DNA of 64,000 bases from Microcoleus sp. Its GTDB lineage: Bacteria > Cyanobacteriota > Cyanobacteriia > Cyanobacteriales > Microcoleaceae. A program made the translations under genes and the position numbers. The stretch spans positions 352,001 to 416,000 of the forward strand of contig JAYFMW010000030.1 in assembly GCA_042408215.1 (NCBI GenBank), in the 5' to 3' direction. Of the stretch, positions 39,188 through 49,324 are shown piece after piece (the first letter of the stretch is position 1; each line of letters opens with the position of its first letter). The notes beneath the pieces are model-generated. The model was not told the origin of the DNA, did not search any database, and saw only the letters and a list, made by a program, of their open reading frames with translations.

Positions 39188-40150
39188 ATGGCAGTTAGTA
39201 TTCAATCGGCTCAATCTATTTTCTCCAACACCGAGATTGCTAGCGTTGTTCCGTCTACCACGGAAGCATTCTACAAACTCAGCGTTGAAGACCAACTAGC
39301 CTTGCTGTGGTATGCATACACCGAAATGGGCATTTCCATTACCGCAGCCGCCCCCGGAGTAGCCAGCATGGCCCTTGTCGAAGGCATACTTACTGAAATT
39401 AAGCAAATGTCGCCGGCTGCTCAAAGCAAAACCATGTTCGACTTGGCTAGCAATGCTGACACAACCATCGGCCGCATCTACACCTCCTTGCGCGTCAATA
39501 CCAAACTCGGTTTCTGGTACGAACTAGGACAATTGATGAAACAAGGCCTTGTCGCTCCGATCCCCGCTGGCTATCAAATGTCTCCCGAAGCCACCACAGT
39601 CCTTGAAACCATCAAAAAACTCGATCCCGGTCAGCAAATTACCGTACTGCGTAACACCGTAGTTCACATGGGCTACGATCCTGATTTTAGCCAAGAATAC
39701 GGCAAACGGTCAGCCCCTCGCAGCACTCCTACGGCTGTCGAGCAGCGGGTTAAAACCCAGATTGAAGGTATTAGCGAGCAGACTGTGCTTAGCTACATTG
39801 ACAACATGAATGCCTTCGACTTTACTCCTGCTGTCGCTTTATTTGCCGAAGAAGGTGCTCTGCAACCGCCGTTCCAAAAGCCGATTGTGGGTCGCGAAGC
39901 CATCCTCAACTATATGCGAGAAGAGTGCATCGGACTCAAAATGATGCCACAACAAGGCGTATCCGAACCCGCAGAAGATGGCTACCGCCAAGTGAAAGTG
40001 ACAGGTAAAGTCGAAACTCCTTGGTTTGGCTCGAATGTGGGTATGAACATTGCATGGCGCTTCTTGCTTGATCCCCAAGGTCAAATTTTCTTTGTGGCGA
40101 TCGACTTGTTAGCATCTCCCAAAGAATTGCTAAACTTGATCCGCAAATAG
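39188..40150 (+). CDS. ocp: Orange carotenoid protein, full length
   Basis: LALLWYAYTEMG, NTKLGFWY.LG, TPWFG..VGMNIAWRF, FFVAIDLLASPKELL. Confidence 0.95.
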   Translation: MAVSIQSAQSIFSNTEIASVVPSTTEAFYKLSVEDQLALLWYAYTEMGISITAAAPGVASMALVEGILTEIKQMSPAAQSKTMFDLASNADTTIGRIYTSLRVNTKLGFWYELGQLMKQGLVAPIPAGYQMSPEATTVLETIKKLDPGQQITVLRNTVVHMGYDPDFSQEYGKRSAPRSTPTAVEQRVKTQIEGISEQTVLSYIDNMNAFDFTPAVALFAEEGALQPPFQKPIVGREAILNYMREECIGLKMMPQQGVSEPAEDGYRQVKVTGKVETPWFGSNVGMNIAWRFLLDPQGQIFFVAIDLLASPKELLNLIRK

Positions 40151-40186
40151 AAACTCCAGTTCTGTTAGTCAAACAGGACTCTACAG

Positions 40187-40216
40187 AAACCCAGATGCCC
40201 AAAGGTGTCTGGGTTT
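40187..40216 (+). terminator. Hairpin terminator after ocp
   Basis: AAACCCAGATGCC-CAAA-GGTGTCTGGGTTT. Confidence 0.6.
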
Positions 40217-40907
40217 GATCGCGATCTCAAATCCTCTCTTCATCGGAATAGTAAATTTGAGTTAACAGTTAACAGTTAACAGTTAACCGTCAACAATCAT
40301 CTCCAAGAGTGCAACCGGAATTGATCTCAAATCCTCTCTTCATCGGAATTATTCAGATCTCCATTCTCTCCCTCTGTGTCCTCTGTGTTCTCTGCGGTTA
40401 AATCATTCCGATACAACAGCCAACAGTCAACAGCCAACAGTCAACAGTCAACAGCCAACAGTCAACATCACCTGACGGTGCAACCGGAATTGATATGAAT
40501 CGACCCTGAAAAGTCCCCCACTCGCCAGAGGAATGCTTAAGCTGGTCTACTGAGCTCTTTAGGACTTAGACAACTGGGCGACAATTGATGTTGAAAACCG
40601 GATATTTTAGGCCCAAATGCTTCACCATCCCTTTCGCTCTGAGTTCAGACTCCTATGCAATCTTTGATTTTGTTCGAGATGTCTATTTGACCAAATTGCT
40701 GGCTTGTCAAAAAGTTGATGGCCAATAACTCTCTTTCGTTGCTTTCATCACCGATCTAGAAAGCCGAAGTCAGAAGTCAGGAGTCAGTTGTTAGTTGCTA
40801 CCAATAACAAATAACCAATAACAACTAATTAACAACTAATGACTAATGACTAATGACTAATGACTAATGACTAATGACTAATGACTAATGACTTCTGATT
40901 AATTAGA

Positions 40908-41333
40908 CTAATTAATTTTTTCAGGTAAACTCGCTTCCAACGTCAGACAGTTACGACCATCTATTTGCAAACTGTAGTCTACCCGATCCATAAGTCTGCT
41001 CATAATCAGCCAGCCATAGCCACTTTCCTGTTTAGCTTCCGGCCGCGGGGGACTGTAAGTATCCATTTCGTAACCTTTACCGTAATCCCAAATTTCTAAA
41101 CCAATGTCCCTATCTTTTAATTTCAAACGAATTAACACGGGCAAATTAGGTTGATCTTTGTGAGCGTGGCGGATCACGTTAGAATAGGCTTCTGCTAACA
41201 CCAAACGCAAACGATTCGACTGACGAGGCCAATCGACGTGCTCTCCTAGTTCAACTTCTAAACTGCTAAGCAACCAATTTTCAACAATTGTTAAAAACCG
41301 CAAGTCGCTTGGCACATGAAGCTCAGTATTCAT
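40908..41333 (-). CDS. RsbW-like anti-sigma factor/Ser kinase (HmpW-like)
   Basis: EAYSNVIRHA, IWDYGKG, ESGYGW. Confidence 0.85.
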   Translation of the reverse strand: MNTELHVPSDLRFLTIVENWLLSSLEVELGEHVDWPRQSNRLRLVLAEAYSNVIRHAHKDQPNLPVLIRLKLKDRDIGLEIWDYGKGYEMDTYSPPRPEAKQESGYGWLIMSRLMDRVDYSLQIDGRNCLTLEASLPEKIN

Positions 41334-41343
41334 AAAAAATCCT

Positions 41344-41512
41344 GTAAGTTTGGAAACCCTGTGTCTTCCGACCAGGGATGAAACACGCGGTGCCGAATTG
41401 ATTCGGCGTGAATATTTGCTGCTACAGGGGAGATGCTCAATTGAGGAGGGTCAACTTAGGGCTTCAGTTTTTTAGGCCCGAAGCCCCAGACTTCTAGTTG
41501 GGGGTTCTTGAC
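41344..41512. mobile_element. Miniature IS200/IS605-derived element (ends only)
   Basis: Left-type hairpin AAACCCTG..CAGGGATG and right-type GAAGCCCCAGACTTCTAGTTGGGGGTTCTTGAC. Confidence 0.5.
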
Positions 41513-41516
41513 AGAT

Positions 41517-43190
41517 TCAGAGAACCTCCAGAGAGAGTATGGTTTGGTCGTCTTCCTGCACTGGATTATCAGCTCGGATGTGAGCCAATAAGTTGTCCAA
41601 GTTTAAGCAACCAGGCTCCTCAATCAGGAGTTGCCACAGCCCTTCTTGTTGTAACATGGAACGAGTTTGTTGACCCCCTGCGATCGCCTGATTAGTGACA
41701 GTCGCTTCAGTAATCCCATCGCTCGTCAGCAGAAATACATCTCCTGATTTTAGTTCGATCGTACCCGATTTTCCCTTCCACACTGGCAGTATCCCCAAGG
41801 GGATGCCACGAGCTTTGAGGAAATTCGGTTCTACCGGTGTTGCACCGCCAGCGGCTTGAGCTTTCACCTCCGAGTGAGACCAAACTATCGGATAGATGTG
41901 ACCAGCATTGGCAAAAGCCAGGTGTCCCGTGGAGGGCGTGTAACGAGCTACAACCATTGTAATAAAATGGTTGTTACCAATTAAGTCATCAGCCATACTG
42001 CTATTCATGTTCAGCATGACTTGGCTTGGTTCGGGAGAAATTTCTACACTGAGTTCCCGTCGCATTACCGAAATGGCACTAGCCATAAATAGAGCAGCCG
42101 GAACACCCTTACCGGAAACATCTCCCACCGCGATCCAAATATCCCCTTGGGAGTGAACGTAGACTTCAAAAAAGTCGCCACCAACTTCCCGTGCAGGATA
42201 GCAGCAAGCTTGGACTCTGACCGTTTCAAAATCCGGCCAACTTTGACGCAACAAGTTTGTTTGGATTTGGCGAGCCACCTCCAACTCATTTTGCATCTGC
42301 TGGGCTAAATCCAGAGTCCGCTGGTAGAGTTTAGCTTGGGAGAGAGCGAGGGCAGCTTGAGCAGCTACACCTTCGATTAACTCTATATCTTCCGCCGACC
42401 AAGTATTGCTATTGCCAACTTGGCACAGTGCAAGTACCGCCAGAATGTCTTGCTGGTAAGTCAGTGGCACCGCAATCTCAACCGAGTTACCGTCATTTTT
42501 ACTGCCGCTTTGCAGTTGAGTTTGGCGGCTGGCTACGGCTTGAATCAGCAAATCTTCATTAAAAGAAAAGCTGGTGGTTTCTGCTGTTTGGGATTGGTAG
42601 GGGAAAGTGCTCGGCAATAAGCGTGAGCCCTCTACTGGCCGTAGCATACAATAGCTGGCCTCAAAAGTTTGACCTACGGTTTGGACAATAGTTTGTACCA
42701 TACTAGAGTAATCTAGCGACCCGCGAATCACGCTCATCACCTCATTGAACAGAGATTCTTTGCGTAAAGCGCGACGCAGTGCGACGTTCCGCTGCCTGTA
42801 GTATTTGTAAGTTTCTGAGGCTTGATTAATAACCGATTTTAGTTCTTCTGGATTCCACGGTTTGGTGATGTATTTGAAAACTTGACCTGAGTTGATGGCC
42901 TCCACCAAGTCTTCAACATCAGTGTATCCCGTCAAGAGAATCCGAATCGTATCGGGAAAGCGCTCGACTGTTTTGCCCAAAAATTCAGTGCCATTCATTT
43001 CAGGCATCCGCTGGTCAGATATAATCACCGCCATCTCGCCCTGTTCGTCTAGAACTTGAAGGGCACTGAGGGCGCTATCTGCTTTATAAACTTGAAAGTC
43101 GCGTCGAAACGTCCGGTACAGCAAATCCAAGTTGTCGGGTTCGTCATCGACTACCATTAGTTTCAGCTTGCTTCCATCTCCCCGACTCAT
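41517..43190 (-). CDS. Receiver-GAF-SpoIIE (PP2C) phosphatase (RsbU/HmpU-like)
   Basis: VVDDE..SDQRMP; EVGGDFF, GDVSGKG, TSDGITE, EDDQT. Confidence 0.9.
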   Translation of the reverse strand: MSRGDGSKLKLMVVDDEPDNLDLLYRTFRRDFQVYKADSALSALQVLDEQGEMAVIISDQRMPEMNGTEFLGKTVERFPDTIRILLTGYTDVEDLVEAINSGQVFKYITKPWNPEELKSVINQASETYKYYRQRNVALRRALRKESLFNEVMSVIRGSLDYSSMVQTIVQTVGQTFEASYCMLRPVEGSRLLPSTFPYQSQTAETTSFSFNEDLLIQAVASRQTQLQSGSKNDGNSVEIAVPLTYQQDILAVLALCQVGNSNTWSAEDIELIEGVAAQAALALSQAKLYQRTLDLAQQMQNELEVARQIQTNLLRQSWPDFETVRVQACCYPAREVGGDFFEVYVHSQGDIWIAVGDVSGKGVPAALFMASAISVMRRELSVEISPEPSQVMLNMNSSMADDLIGNNHFITMVVARYTPSTGHLAFANAGHIYPIVWSHSEVKAQAAGGATPVEPNFLKARGIPLGILPVWKGKSGTIELKSGDVFLLTSDGITEATVTNQAIAGGQQTRSMLQQEGLWQLLIEEPGCLNLDNLLAHIRADNPVQEDDQTILSLEVL

Positions 43191-43434
43191 AAAAACTCTC
43201 GTTAAGTGGGAAACTCAGTGTCTAAAGACCTGAGAGGTAAACGACCCTTCGACTACGAGGAAGGGCATCGCACGAGCGGTTGAAACCGCCGTGAATCTTT
43301 CTTTAGCATGACACGGGAGTTGCTTGATAGGAGTGTACTTTTGTAATGCACTTTCGGTGGGACTCGGCTACGCGAACGTGCATCGCTGTTACCACCTCAA
43401 ACTTTGCAACTCGCGATCGCATGGCCGGGCCGAA

Positions 43435-44337
43435 TCAAATTAATTTTTCTGCCAGTCTGAGCTTAGCAGAACGAGCGCGGGGATTTCTACTTACTTCTTC
43501 CGATTGTGCAATAATCGGCTTTTTTGTCAGTACGCGCAAACAGTCTGTGGCTCTGAGTTGGTGCTTAACCGGTCTGTCTTCGAGACTGTGAAAAGTAATA
43601 ATTCCGAGCCTCCCACCGGGTTTTAACCACCTTGGCGCTTGGTTGAGGAAAGTTTCTAGAGAAGCCAGTTCCGAGTTGACGGCTATCCTTAGTGCTTGGA
43701 AAGTACGAGTGGCTGGATGGATTCTGCCATTACGCTGCTTGGGTGGGAAGGTGCTGGCGATCGCACCAGCGAGTTCTGTTGTACTGTCAAAAGGACGCCC
43801 TTGCACAATCCGCCTGGCGATGCGGCGAGACAGTCGCTCCTCGCCGTATTTATAAATGATCTCCGCTAGTTTAACTTCATCCCAGTGATTGATCATCTCT
43901 TCAGCCGTCAAAGATTGCTGTTGGTTCATACGCATATCTAACTTAGCTGGATGGCGAAAACTAAAGCCACGTTCCGGTGTATCGAACTGAGCCGAGCTAA
44001 CGCCTAAGTCTGCTATGATACCATCAAATGTGGAATCTTGAGAGTGATAGTCAGCAAAATTGCCGTGCCAAAACTCGACGGGAGCGTTAGCAAATCGGGT
44101 TTGGCAAAAACGGATGGCTTGTTCATCGCGATCGATCGCCACCACTGTAACATCAGCCGCCGCCGCTAAAATCAAACCAGTGTGTCCACCGCCTCCTAAT
44201 GTCGCGTCCAAATAGTGGCCGCCTGGGCGCACACCCAAACCCGCAATTAACTCTTGACCCAAAACTGGAACGTGATAGGTGTCAACACTGACATCTGATC
44301 CAAGGGTGTCCTTCTCAGAAAGCTCAATATCCTTCAT
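43435..44337 (-). CDS. rsmH: 16S rRNA m4C1402 methyltransferase
   Basis: [46 protein letters not shown]. Confidence 0.96.
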   Translation of the reverse strand: MKDIELSEKDTLGSDVSVDTYHVPVLGQELIAGLGVRPGGHYLDATLGGGGHTGLILAAAADVTVVAIDRDEQAIRFCQTRFANAPVEFWHGNFADYHSQDSTFDGIIADLGVSSAQFDTPERGFSFRHPAKLDMRMNQQQSLTAEEMINHWDEVKLAEIIYKYGEERLSRRIARRIVQGRPFDSTTELAGAIASTFPPKQRNGRIHPATRTFQALRIAVNSELASLETFLNQAPRWLKPGGRLGIITFHSLEDRPVKHQLRATDCLRVLTKKPIIAQSEEVSRNPRARSAKLRLAEKLI

Positions 44338-44346
44338 AATAATAAT

Positions 44347-45855
44347 ATGGGATCCGGGAAACGAGCGAGACTTTAGTCCTTCCTAGGGAAGCTCTAAGGG
44401 GGACTTCAGTCCCCGTGTTCTTTCTTTCTTAGCCGAATAGTGTATGTCTTCTATTTGACGTATCCACTATAATCGTTTAAGCTAAAAAGATCAACCAATC
44501 TTCAGGAAAGCAGAGGTGAATAAAACCCAAAGAATTATGGGAGTTCAGCAAGTATTGCTGTCTCCAACCAAAGAAGTTCAAGCATTGTTGGAGTATCTCT
44601 GTCAACAATCTGGTAAACTGTATAACAGTGGTATTTATTTGGCTCGTCAGACTTTTTTTAAGACAGAAAAACTGTTGACTGGAAAATTTGACTTGTCTGT
44701 TGAATCGTCAGTGTCAAAATCACTGGTTGCTAAATCGTTGCCATCAACACCAATGCAGCAAACATTGATGTCAGTCACAGAAGCCTTCAAATCTTTTAAA
44801 GAATTAAGAGATTTGTACAGGAAAGGTCAATTGCATTTTAAGCCCAAGCCACCGGGATATCTGAAAGGGTCTAAGCTGTTCAAAGTAGCTTATCCAAATT
44901 CTGGAGGATTAAGACCTAAACTTGTTGGAAATCAGTTAAAATTTTCCTTGGGTTTAACAGTGAGGCGATGGTTTGGAATTCCTGAATTCTTTCTACCCAT
45001 GCCATCAAATCTTGATTTTTCCAAGGTTAAAGAGTTTACGATTCTTCCTAAGAATGGTGCTTTTTACCTGGAAATGTCCTACGAAGTCGAAAAAGAACAA
45101 CATAATCTGGACATTAATCAAGCGTTATCAATTGACTTGGGAACTGCTGACAATCTAGCAGCTTGTGTCGATACACTAGGAAACTCCTTCTTAATTGATG
45201 CTCGTGCCATGAAAGCGATGAATCAATTGTGGAACAAGAAAGTAGCAACTAGAAAAGAAGGAAAATCCGAAGGTTATTGGGACAATTGGTTAGATCGTGT
45301 AACCCGTAAACGCAATCACCAAATGCGTGACGGTGTTAACAAATCAGCTTTGTTAATTGTCAACCATTGTCTGAAATTTGGAATTGGCACACTGATAGTT
45401 GGGTGGAATGAAGGTTTCAATTCTAATAGTAATCTAGGCAAAGTGAATAATCAAAAGTTTGTTCAAATGCCTTTAGGTAAGCTGAAAAATAGGTTAAAAG
45501 AACTGTGCGATTTGCACTGCATCAGGTTTGTTGAAACCGAAGAAGCGTATACATCGAAAGCTAGTTTTCTGGATGGAGACTCCCTACCCAAATATGGTAA
45601 AAAACCATCTGGGTGGAAAGCGTCTGGAAAGCGGATTGAACGTGGCTTGTATCGGTCAGCTAATGGTACTGTAGTGAATGCAGACTTAAATGGTGCTGCC
45701 AACATTCTGAGAAAAGTAGCCAGTAAGTTAGGTATAGACTTAAACCAACTGGGTAGACGTTGTTTGACGACCGTAGCGAGAGTTAGACTTTGGGTATTAC
45801 CCAAGCCTAGTTCTGTCCGCAGAATCTCAGCGTATGAAAGACCTGAGAGTGTCAA
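44347..45855 (+). mobile_element. IS605-family derivative lacking tnpA, with intact tnpB
   Basis: Same ends as 8695-10740; only a stub of the tnpA 3' end remains; inserted after ATAAT. Confidence 0.85.
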
Positions 45856-45895
45856 AATCTATAAAAGCGAAACAAAAATCAACAATAGTCAGTAA
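44516..45895 (+). CDS. tnpB: TnpB; the ORF reads through the element's right end
   Basis: SIDLG, TEEAYTSKAS, NADLNGAANI. Confidence 0.9.
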   Translation: MNKTQRIMGVQQVLLSPTKEVQALLEYLCQQSGKLYNSGIYLARQTFFKTEKLLTGKFDLSVESSVSKSLVAKSLPSTPMQQTLMSVTEAFKSFKELRDLYRKGQLHFKPKPPGYLKGSKLFKVAYPNSGGLRPKLVGNQLKFSLGLTVRRWFGIPEFFLPMPSNLDFSKVKEFTILPKNGAFYLEMSYEVEKEQHNLDINQALSIDLGTADNLAACVDTLGNSFLIDARAMKAMNQLWNKKVATRKEGKSEGYWDNWLDRVTRKRNHQMRDGVNKSALLIVNHCLKFGIGTLIVGWNEGFNSNSNLGKVNNQKFVQMPLGKLKNRLKELCDLHCIRFVETEEAYTSKASFLDGDSLPKYGKKPSGWKASGKRIERGLYRSANGTVVNADLNGAANILRKVASKLGIDLNQLGRRCLTTVARVRLWVLPKPSSVRRISAYERPESVKIYKSETKINNSQ

Positions 45896-45913
45896 TCATT
45901 AATTCATTTAATT

Positions 45914-47098
45914 ATGTCAAGAATTGAGACTAGAACCGAACCGATGGTGCTGAACATGGGGCCGCACCACCCATCCATGCACGGGGTACTCCGGTTAATC
46001 GTCACCCTAGACGGGGAAGACGTAGTGGACTGCGAGCCTGTTTTAGGCTATCTGCACCGTGGGATGGAAAAAATTGCCGAAAATCGCACAAACGTGATGT
46101 ACGTGCCCTACGTGAGCCGCTGGGACTACGCTGCGGGGATGTTTAACGAAGCGGTGACAGTCAATGCACCGGAAAAGTTGGCGAATATTGCTGTCCCCAA
46201 ACGGGCTAGTTATATTCGGGTAATTATGCTGGAGTTGAACCGGATTGCTAACCACTTGATGTGGGTAGGGCCGTTTTTGGCGGACGTGGGAGCCCAAACT
46301 CCTTTCTTCTATACTATGCGCGATCGCGAACCGATTCTCGATTTATGGGAAGCAGCCACCGGTTATCGCATGGTGAATAATAACTATTTCCGCATTGGCG
46401 GAGTTGCGGCAGATTTACCCTACGGTTGGGTAGATAAGTGCGAAGATTTCTGCGATTACTTCCTTCCCAAAATTGACGAATACGAACGTTTAATCACCAA
46501 CAATCCTATCTTCCGCCGCCGGATTGAAGGGCTGGGTACTATTTCTCGCAACGAAGCGATTAACTGGGGACTATCCGGCCCCATGTTGCGCGGTTCCGGC
46601 GTCAATTGGGATTTGCGGAAAGTTGACCATTACGAATGTTATGACGACTTCGACTGGGAAGTTTGTACAGAAGCTGCGGGCGATTGTTTAGCCCGGTATT
46701 TGGTACGAATTCGGGAGATGCGCGAGTCAGTGAAGATTATCTATCAAGCCTTGAAAGGAATCCCCGGCGGCCCTTACGAGAATTTGGAAGCGAAGCGACT
46801 CGAAAGCGGGCCAAAATCCGAGTGGAATAGTTTTCAATATCAGTTTATTGGCAAAAAAGTCGCGCCGACTTTTAAGATTCCCAAGGGCGAACATTATGTC
46901 CGCGTTGAAAGCGGCAAAGGTGAGTTGGGGATTTACATTATCGGAGACGATAGTACATTTCCTTGGCGCTGGAAGATTCGGGCTGCGGACTTTAATAATT
47001 TGCAGATTTTGCCTCACATTGTGCGCGGCGTGAAGATTGCGGATTTGGTGGCGATTTTGGGAAGTATCGACATTATTATGGGTTCAGTGGATAGGTAG
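45914..47098 (+). CDS. ndhH: NDH-1 subunit H
   Basis: [33 protein letters not shown]. Confidence 0.97.
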   Translation: MSRIETRTEPMVLNMGPHHPSMHGVLRLIVTLDGEDVVDCEPVLGYLHRGMEKIAENRTNVMYVPYVSRWDYAAGMFNEAVTVNAPEKLANIAVPKRASYIRVIMLELNRIANHLMWVGPFLADVGAQTPFFYTMRDREPILDLWEAATGYRMVNNNYFRIGGVAADLPYGWVDKCEDFCDYFLPKIDEYERLITNNPIFRRRIEGLGTISRNEAINWGLSGPMLRGSGVNWDLRKVDHYECYDDFDWEVCTEAAGDCLARYLVRIREMRESVKIIYQALKGIPGGPYENLEAKRLESGPKSEWNSFQYQFIGKKVAPTFKIPKGEHYVRVESGKGELGIYIIGDDSTFPWRWKIRAADFNNLQILPHIVRGVKIADLVAILGSIDIIMGSVDR

Positions 47099-47394
47099 AA
47101 AAAAAGGCGATCGCATTTTAGGGCTGTCAGCAAAAAAGTGCGATCCTCTTCGAGGGCTTCGCTAACGCCCTTTTTTGCATCAGATAAAGTCCAGGGCACA
47201 TAATACCAAAGAAACCGGGTTTTTTACTTCAACTGTCGGCTACAACGAAAGATTTTCGTAAAAACCCGGTTTCTGACTACCCATAAATCTGGGACTGTAT
47301 ATATTAACAATATTTCTCTCTTCTCTCTTCCTCTGTGCCCTCTGCGCCCTCTGCGGTAAAAAAAATCTTTATTTCATCTTTGCTTCGATAAACT

Positions 47395-48600
47395 ATGACA
47401 TTTCAGAAATTAGATATCAATGACAGCAACCCGGAACTCTGCGATTTAATCTGCGAAAGAATTGCCGCAACTCCGCAGCAGCGAATTACCTTTGCTGAAT
47501 ATATGGATTTAGCATTATATCATCCGCAGTATGGTTACTATAATAGCGATCGCCCGGCGATCGGCAAACAAGGCGATTTTATCACGTCGTCTGATTGGGG
47601 TGCTGATTTTGCCGAGGTTTTGGCGGAGCAATTTGTGGAAATGTGGGAAATTCTCGATCGCCCTCAAAACTTCACAACCGTAGAAATGGGCGCTGGGCGG
47701 GGAACTTTCGCCAAAAATGTGCTGCAATACCTGCAACGGCAACATCCCGACTTATTTAAAACTTTAACATACATAATTGTTGAAATTTCGCCAATACTGC
47801 AAGCAGAACAACGGCAAAGTTTAGGTGATATCAAGTGTGTTAAATGGTGTCAGTGGGACGAGATAGTTGATAATTCAATTGTCGGCTGTTGTTTTTCTAA
47901 TGAATTAGTTGATGCTTTCCCCGTGCATCAATTCATTCTGGATCAAGGGCAAGTTATGGAAATTTATATTACCACAGAATCCCCAAAAAGTCAACAAAAA
48001 GAGATCGAATTTGTTGAGGTACTTGGCGAAGTATCTACACCTAAAATTGCTGAATATTTTGATTTTCTAGGCATAGATTTATCGGCGAGTGTTTACGGGG
48101 ATGGTTATCGCAGTGAGGTGAATTTGGCGGCTTTGGATTGGATGAGTACAGTTGCTCAAAAGTTGCAGCGGGGATATTTGTTAACTATTGATTACGGCCA
48201 TCCAGCGCACCGCTATTATAATCCGAGGCGCAGGGAGGGGACGCTACAGTGTTATTATCTGCACCGATATCACAATAATCCTTATATTAATGTGGGGCGG
48301 CAGGATTTGACGGCTCATGTCAATTTTACGGCGTTGGAAAAGCAGGGTGAATTGTGCGGTTTGGATGTGGTAGGGTTTACTCAGCAGGCTTTGTTTTTGA
48401 TGGCGTTGGGTTTGGGCGATCGGATTGCTTCTCTATCCACAAGTGTATTAGATGTGGCAACGTTGTTGCGGCGCAGGGAGGCTTTGCATCGGTTGATCGA
48501 TCCGATGGGTTTGGGGGGTTTTGGGGTTTTGGTGCAGTGTAAGGGGTTGAGGGAGGGGGGAAAGGGGAGAATATTGAAGGGTTTGATGGTGCCTGATTGA
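47395..48600 (+). CDS. MidA/NDUFAF7-family SAM-dependent methyltransferase
   Basis: ITFAEYM..LY.P..GYY, GDFITS, EMGAGRG, SNELVDAFP, IDYG, QDLTAHVNF. Confidence 0.9.
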   Translation: MTFQKLDINDSNPELCDLICERIAATPQQRITFAEYMDLALYHPQYGYYNSDRPAIGKQGDFITSSDWGADFAEVLAEQFVEMWEILDRPQNFTTVEMGAGRGTFAKNVLQYLQRQHPDLFKTLTYIIVEISPILQAEQRQSLGDIKCVKWCQWDEIVDNSIVGCCFSNELVDAFPVHQFILDQGQVMEIYITTESPKSQQKEIEFVEVLGEVSTPKIAEYFDFLGIDLSASVYGDGYRSEVNLAALDWMSTVAQKLQRGYLLTIDYGHPAHRYYNPRRREGTLQCYYLHRYHNNPYINVGRQDLTAHVNFTALEKQGELCGLDVVGFTQQALFLMALGLGDRIASLSTSVLDVATLLRRREALHRLIDPMGLGGFGVLVQCKGLREGGKGRILKGLMVPD

Positions 48601-48614
48601 TTATCCCAGATTGA

Positions 48615-48741
48615 TAAGCTGTTCTCCATTTAAACCAGTAACGAGGCTAGTAGGGTGCGTCAGCTAGAACCCTTACGCTGAAACGGAAAACCTTAGATAC
48701 TGACGCACCCTACGCCAGGAGTTTAAATGCCGAACAGCTTA
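48615..48741. repeat. MITE-like inverted-repeat element at the edge of the defence locus
   Basis: TAAGCTGTTC..ATTTAAAC / GTTTAAAT..GAACAGCTTA; inner GTAGGGTGCGTCAG / CTGACGCACCCTAC. Confidence 0.7.
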
Positions 48742-48746
48742 ATTAA

Positions 48747-49322
48747 CTAATTAAGCTGTTTTTTAACCGCACGAGCGATTAAAGGTGCTTTTTTTTCTAA
48801 CCCTTCTAAATTAAGTTCATTCTCTAGATACATCCGATACCACTCCTGACGTTGTTCAATCACCCATTCACTATTCTGAAGCTGTAACTGTTTGATGGTA
48901 AATTCGGCTCGATCGCGATCGCCGGAAGGAACCGCATCAGTCAAAACCAACTGACAAGAAGGTAGGATAATCTCAAACCAATTATCTTCCACTTCAAACG
49001 GATCGAGAATTTGTCGATCGTAAGTTCCTTTGCAGCTATTTACCCGTTGCAAAGCATAGCGATAGTTTTTCCATTCATAAATCAAATGGCGGTTTTCTGC
49101 TTTACTTTTACTCAAATAATGATCGACAGTTCCCATCCGACTCGGTATATACATAACTGAATAGCCACAAAGATTTTGGAACCCTTTAGCTAATGCGGGT
49201 TTTAAGGTAGACCAAAAATCCTTTGGTTCTTTCCCAGGATTGTTAACTAACCAATTATTGCCTGCTTTTCGCACTTTTTCCTCAAAATTTGCTGGTTCCG
49301 GTGGCGGAGTAAATTGTATCAT
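48747..49322 (-). CDS. HNH nuclease, Septu PtuB/retron-effector-like
   Basis: LCGYS..GTVDHYLSKS..YEWKNY..VNSCKG..LDPF; ATG 2 nt after the ATPase stop. Confidence 0.78.
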   Translation of the reverse strand: MIQFTPPPEPANFEEKVRKAGNNWLVNNPGKEPKDFWSTLKPALAKGFQNLCGYSVMYIPSRMGTVDHYLSKSKAENRHLIYEWKNYRYALQRVNSCKGTYDRQILDPFEVEDNWFEIILPSCQLVLTDAVPSGDRDRAEFTIKQLQLQNSEWVIEQRQEWYRMYLENELNLEGLEKKAPLIARAVKKQLN

Positions 49323-49324
49323 CT

